57,880 nt of DNA from a virus. Its lineage: Duplodnaviria; Caudoviricetes. Numbering within the stretch: the stretch's first letter is position 1; each line of letters begins with the position of its first letter. Shown here piece after piece: positions 56,853 to 57,880 of this stretch. Where the stretch lies: IMG/VR virus record IMGVR_UViG_3300033388_001119, positions 1-57,880 of that record; one strand, given 5' to 3'. The notes under the pieces were generated by a model. That model saw only the letters and a list, made by a program, of their open reading frames with translations, had not been told where the DNA came from and ran no database searches. The position numbers were made by a program, and so were the translations under genes.

Positions 56853-57152
56853 TTATATTTCTTTTATAATTCTCATAGCCTTAGCTAATAACCAAGTCCC
56901 ACCTTGAGACTTTGGCCTATCTTCGTAGGTAAAATCATCTACCTCTACTTCTACCCATACTCTACCTTTAGTTCCTAAATGTGGCGCCTCCGGTTTTAGA
57001 GTACAATGCCACCCAGGTCTGAACGCAAAGCCTTTTGTGTTATGTTCTTCTGCTTCCATCCATACCCCAAGTGGTAGTCTATTTCTCTTGTTTATAAATA
57101 AGGACGACAAGCTGCCATCCTTCATCTTTCTTACTAATTTGTATGCTTTCAT
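56853..57152 (-). CDS. Conserved hypothetical phage protein (99 aa)
   Basis: ORF track; KAYK...RPGWH...RVWVEVEV. Confidence 0.8.
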   Translation of the reverse strand: MKAYKLVRKMKDGSLSSLFINKRNRLPLGVWMEAEEHNTKGFAFRPGWHCTLKPEAPHLGTKGRVWVEVEVDDFTYEDRPKSQGGTWLLAKAMRIIKEI

Positions 57153-57298
57153 ATGTCGTGTATAAATTTAATTAAATCAGCATGAGCTCTAAGTACTTTC
57201 TTCTTGCCGTACTCATGCCACTTACATTGTCTTAAAGCTCGCTCCACTACAGTTAAGTCGTGTACGGCTTGTAGTATTTCTTCTTCTCTAGTAGTCAT
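57149..57298 (-). CDS. Small hypothetical protein (49 aa, MTTREEEILQ...)
   Basis: ORF track frame with start moved to avoid a long overlap. Confidence 0.6.
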   Translation of the reverse strand: MTTREEEILQAVHDLTVVERALRQCKWHEYGKKKVLRAHADLIKFIHDI

Positions 57299-57707
57299 AA
57301 AAGTATCCTTGATATTCGCAATCTTTTGGTTTATTGTCAATCCATTGCCAGTTGTTAGCTTCAGTAAGATTAGGAAACTTAGCTTCATCAGCATAATCGC
57401 CAAAGGCTATTTCGATTCCTATATCTCGCAAAGGTAATTCATTTCCAGGTTCTAACCTCATGTCATTGGTTAATTTTGAAAATAATCCCTGTGATCGTAT
57501 CTCTTCAATTATATGCGGATTCATCATGGCTACTAAAACATAATAATCCATCCCTCCAAATACACCGTATCCTTCATACGCATGTTCTCTCCAATGATTA
57601 CCTTGATTGTCTGTCATTGTAACCGACATGTGTTTTCTACCCCCTGGGTTGCCCGCTATTGCTATACTTTTCTTTGTGTCTTGTGTTATCCAACTAAATA
57701 CTCCCAT
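57288..57707 (-). CDS. Conserved hypothetical phage protein (139 aa)
   Basis: MGVFSW...YEGYGVFGGMDYY...QGYFY. Confidence 0.8.
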   Translation of the reverse strand: MGVFSWITQDTKKSIAIAGNPGGRKHMSVTMTDNQGNHWREHAYEGYGVFGGMDYYVLVAMMNPHIIEEIRSQGLFSKLTNDMRLEPGNELPLRDIGIEIAFGDYADEAKFPNLTEANNWQWIDNKPKDCEYQGYFYDY

Positions 57708-57712
57708 AATTT

Positions 57713-57880
57713 CTATTTGTTATATTGGTTTATAAATTCTACTACTGCTTGGTATGTTGCATCTATTTTGTTATCTCCATTCATTTCAATAATAACATCC
57801 ATTGATTCTCCATCAAGTATGTAAACAAAATTTTGTTCTATTCTGAAATTATATAAATGCCCTCTCATCGAATCTCCATC
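57713..57880 (-). CDS. 3' part of a gene truncated by the window end (...ATYQAVVEFINQYNK)
   Basis: Hand translation; open from 57880 to TAG at 57715-57713. Confidence 0.65.
   Translation of the reverse strand, partial: DGDSMRGHLYNFRIEQNFVYILDGESMDVIIEMNGDNKIDATYQAVVEFINQYNK

Noticed and set aside
1-57880. Prophage, integrase or host flanking DNA
   Set aside because: No recombinase, att-like repeat or housekeeping gene run; groEL and groES are divergent and embedded among phage genes

Overview
Near-complete genome of a tailed, probably podovirus-like, phage of a Bacteroidota host (probably Flavobacteriia). The host is inferred from about 12 intergenic TAnnTTTG (-7) promoter boxes and A-rich start contexts lacking Shine-Dalgarno sites. 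Both window ends fall inside the same minus-strand early region, so the assembly looks circularly permuted with a gap. The plus strand (2.3-47.5 kb) carries GroEL and GroES, three proteins sharing an N-terminal module, a run of tiny Lys/Arg-rich proteins, fibres, a lysis cassette, a second GroES-like protein, terminase, portal, scaffold, major capsid protein, ring and nozzle proteins of crAss-like type, and three probable ejection proteins, one of 2767 aa. The minus strand (47.5-57.9 kb and 1-1.9 kb) carries an HNH nuclease, VRR-NUC, SF2 helicase, primase-helicase, SSB, a RecE-like exonuclease with a Sak3-like annealase, a DnaA domain-IV-like protein and a C5 methyltransferase. No integrase, DNA polymerase, RNA polymerase, canonical tRNA or CRISPR array was seen. 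The most notable unexplained signals are: (1) the 13-mer ATGAGTGTGAACA, found sense at in-frame Met codons of the HNH and giant genes and antisense inside two structured non-coding regions; (2) a densely structured non-coding region of about 630 nt; (3) an A10 slippery site with a downstream hairpin, and a nested +1-frame basic gene, both inside the giant gene. All family assignments come from motif recognition by eye; no database search or folding program was run.
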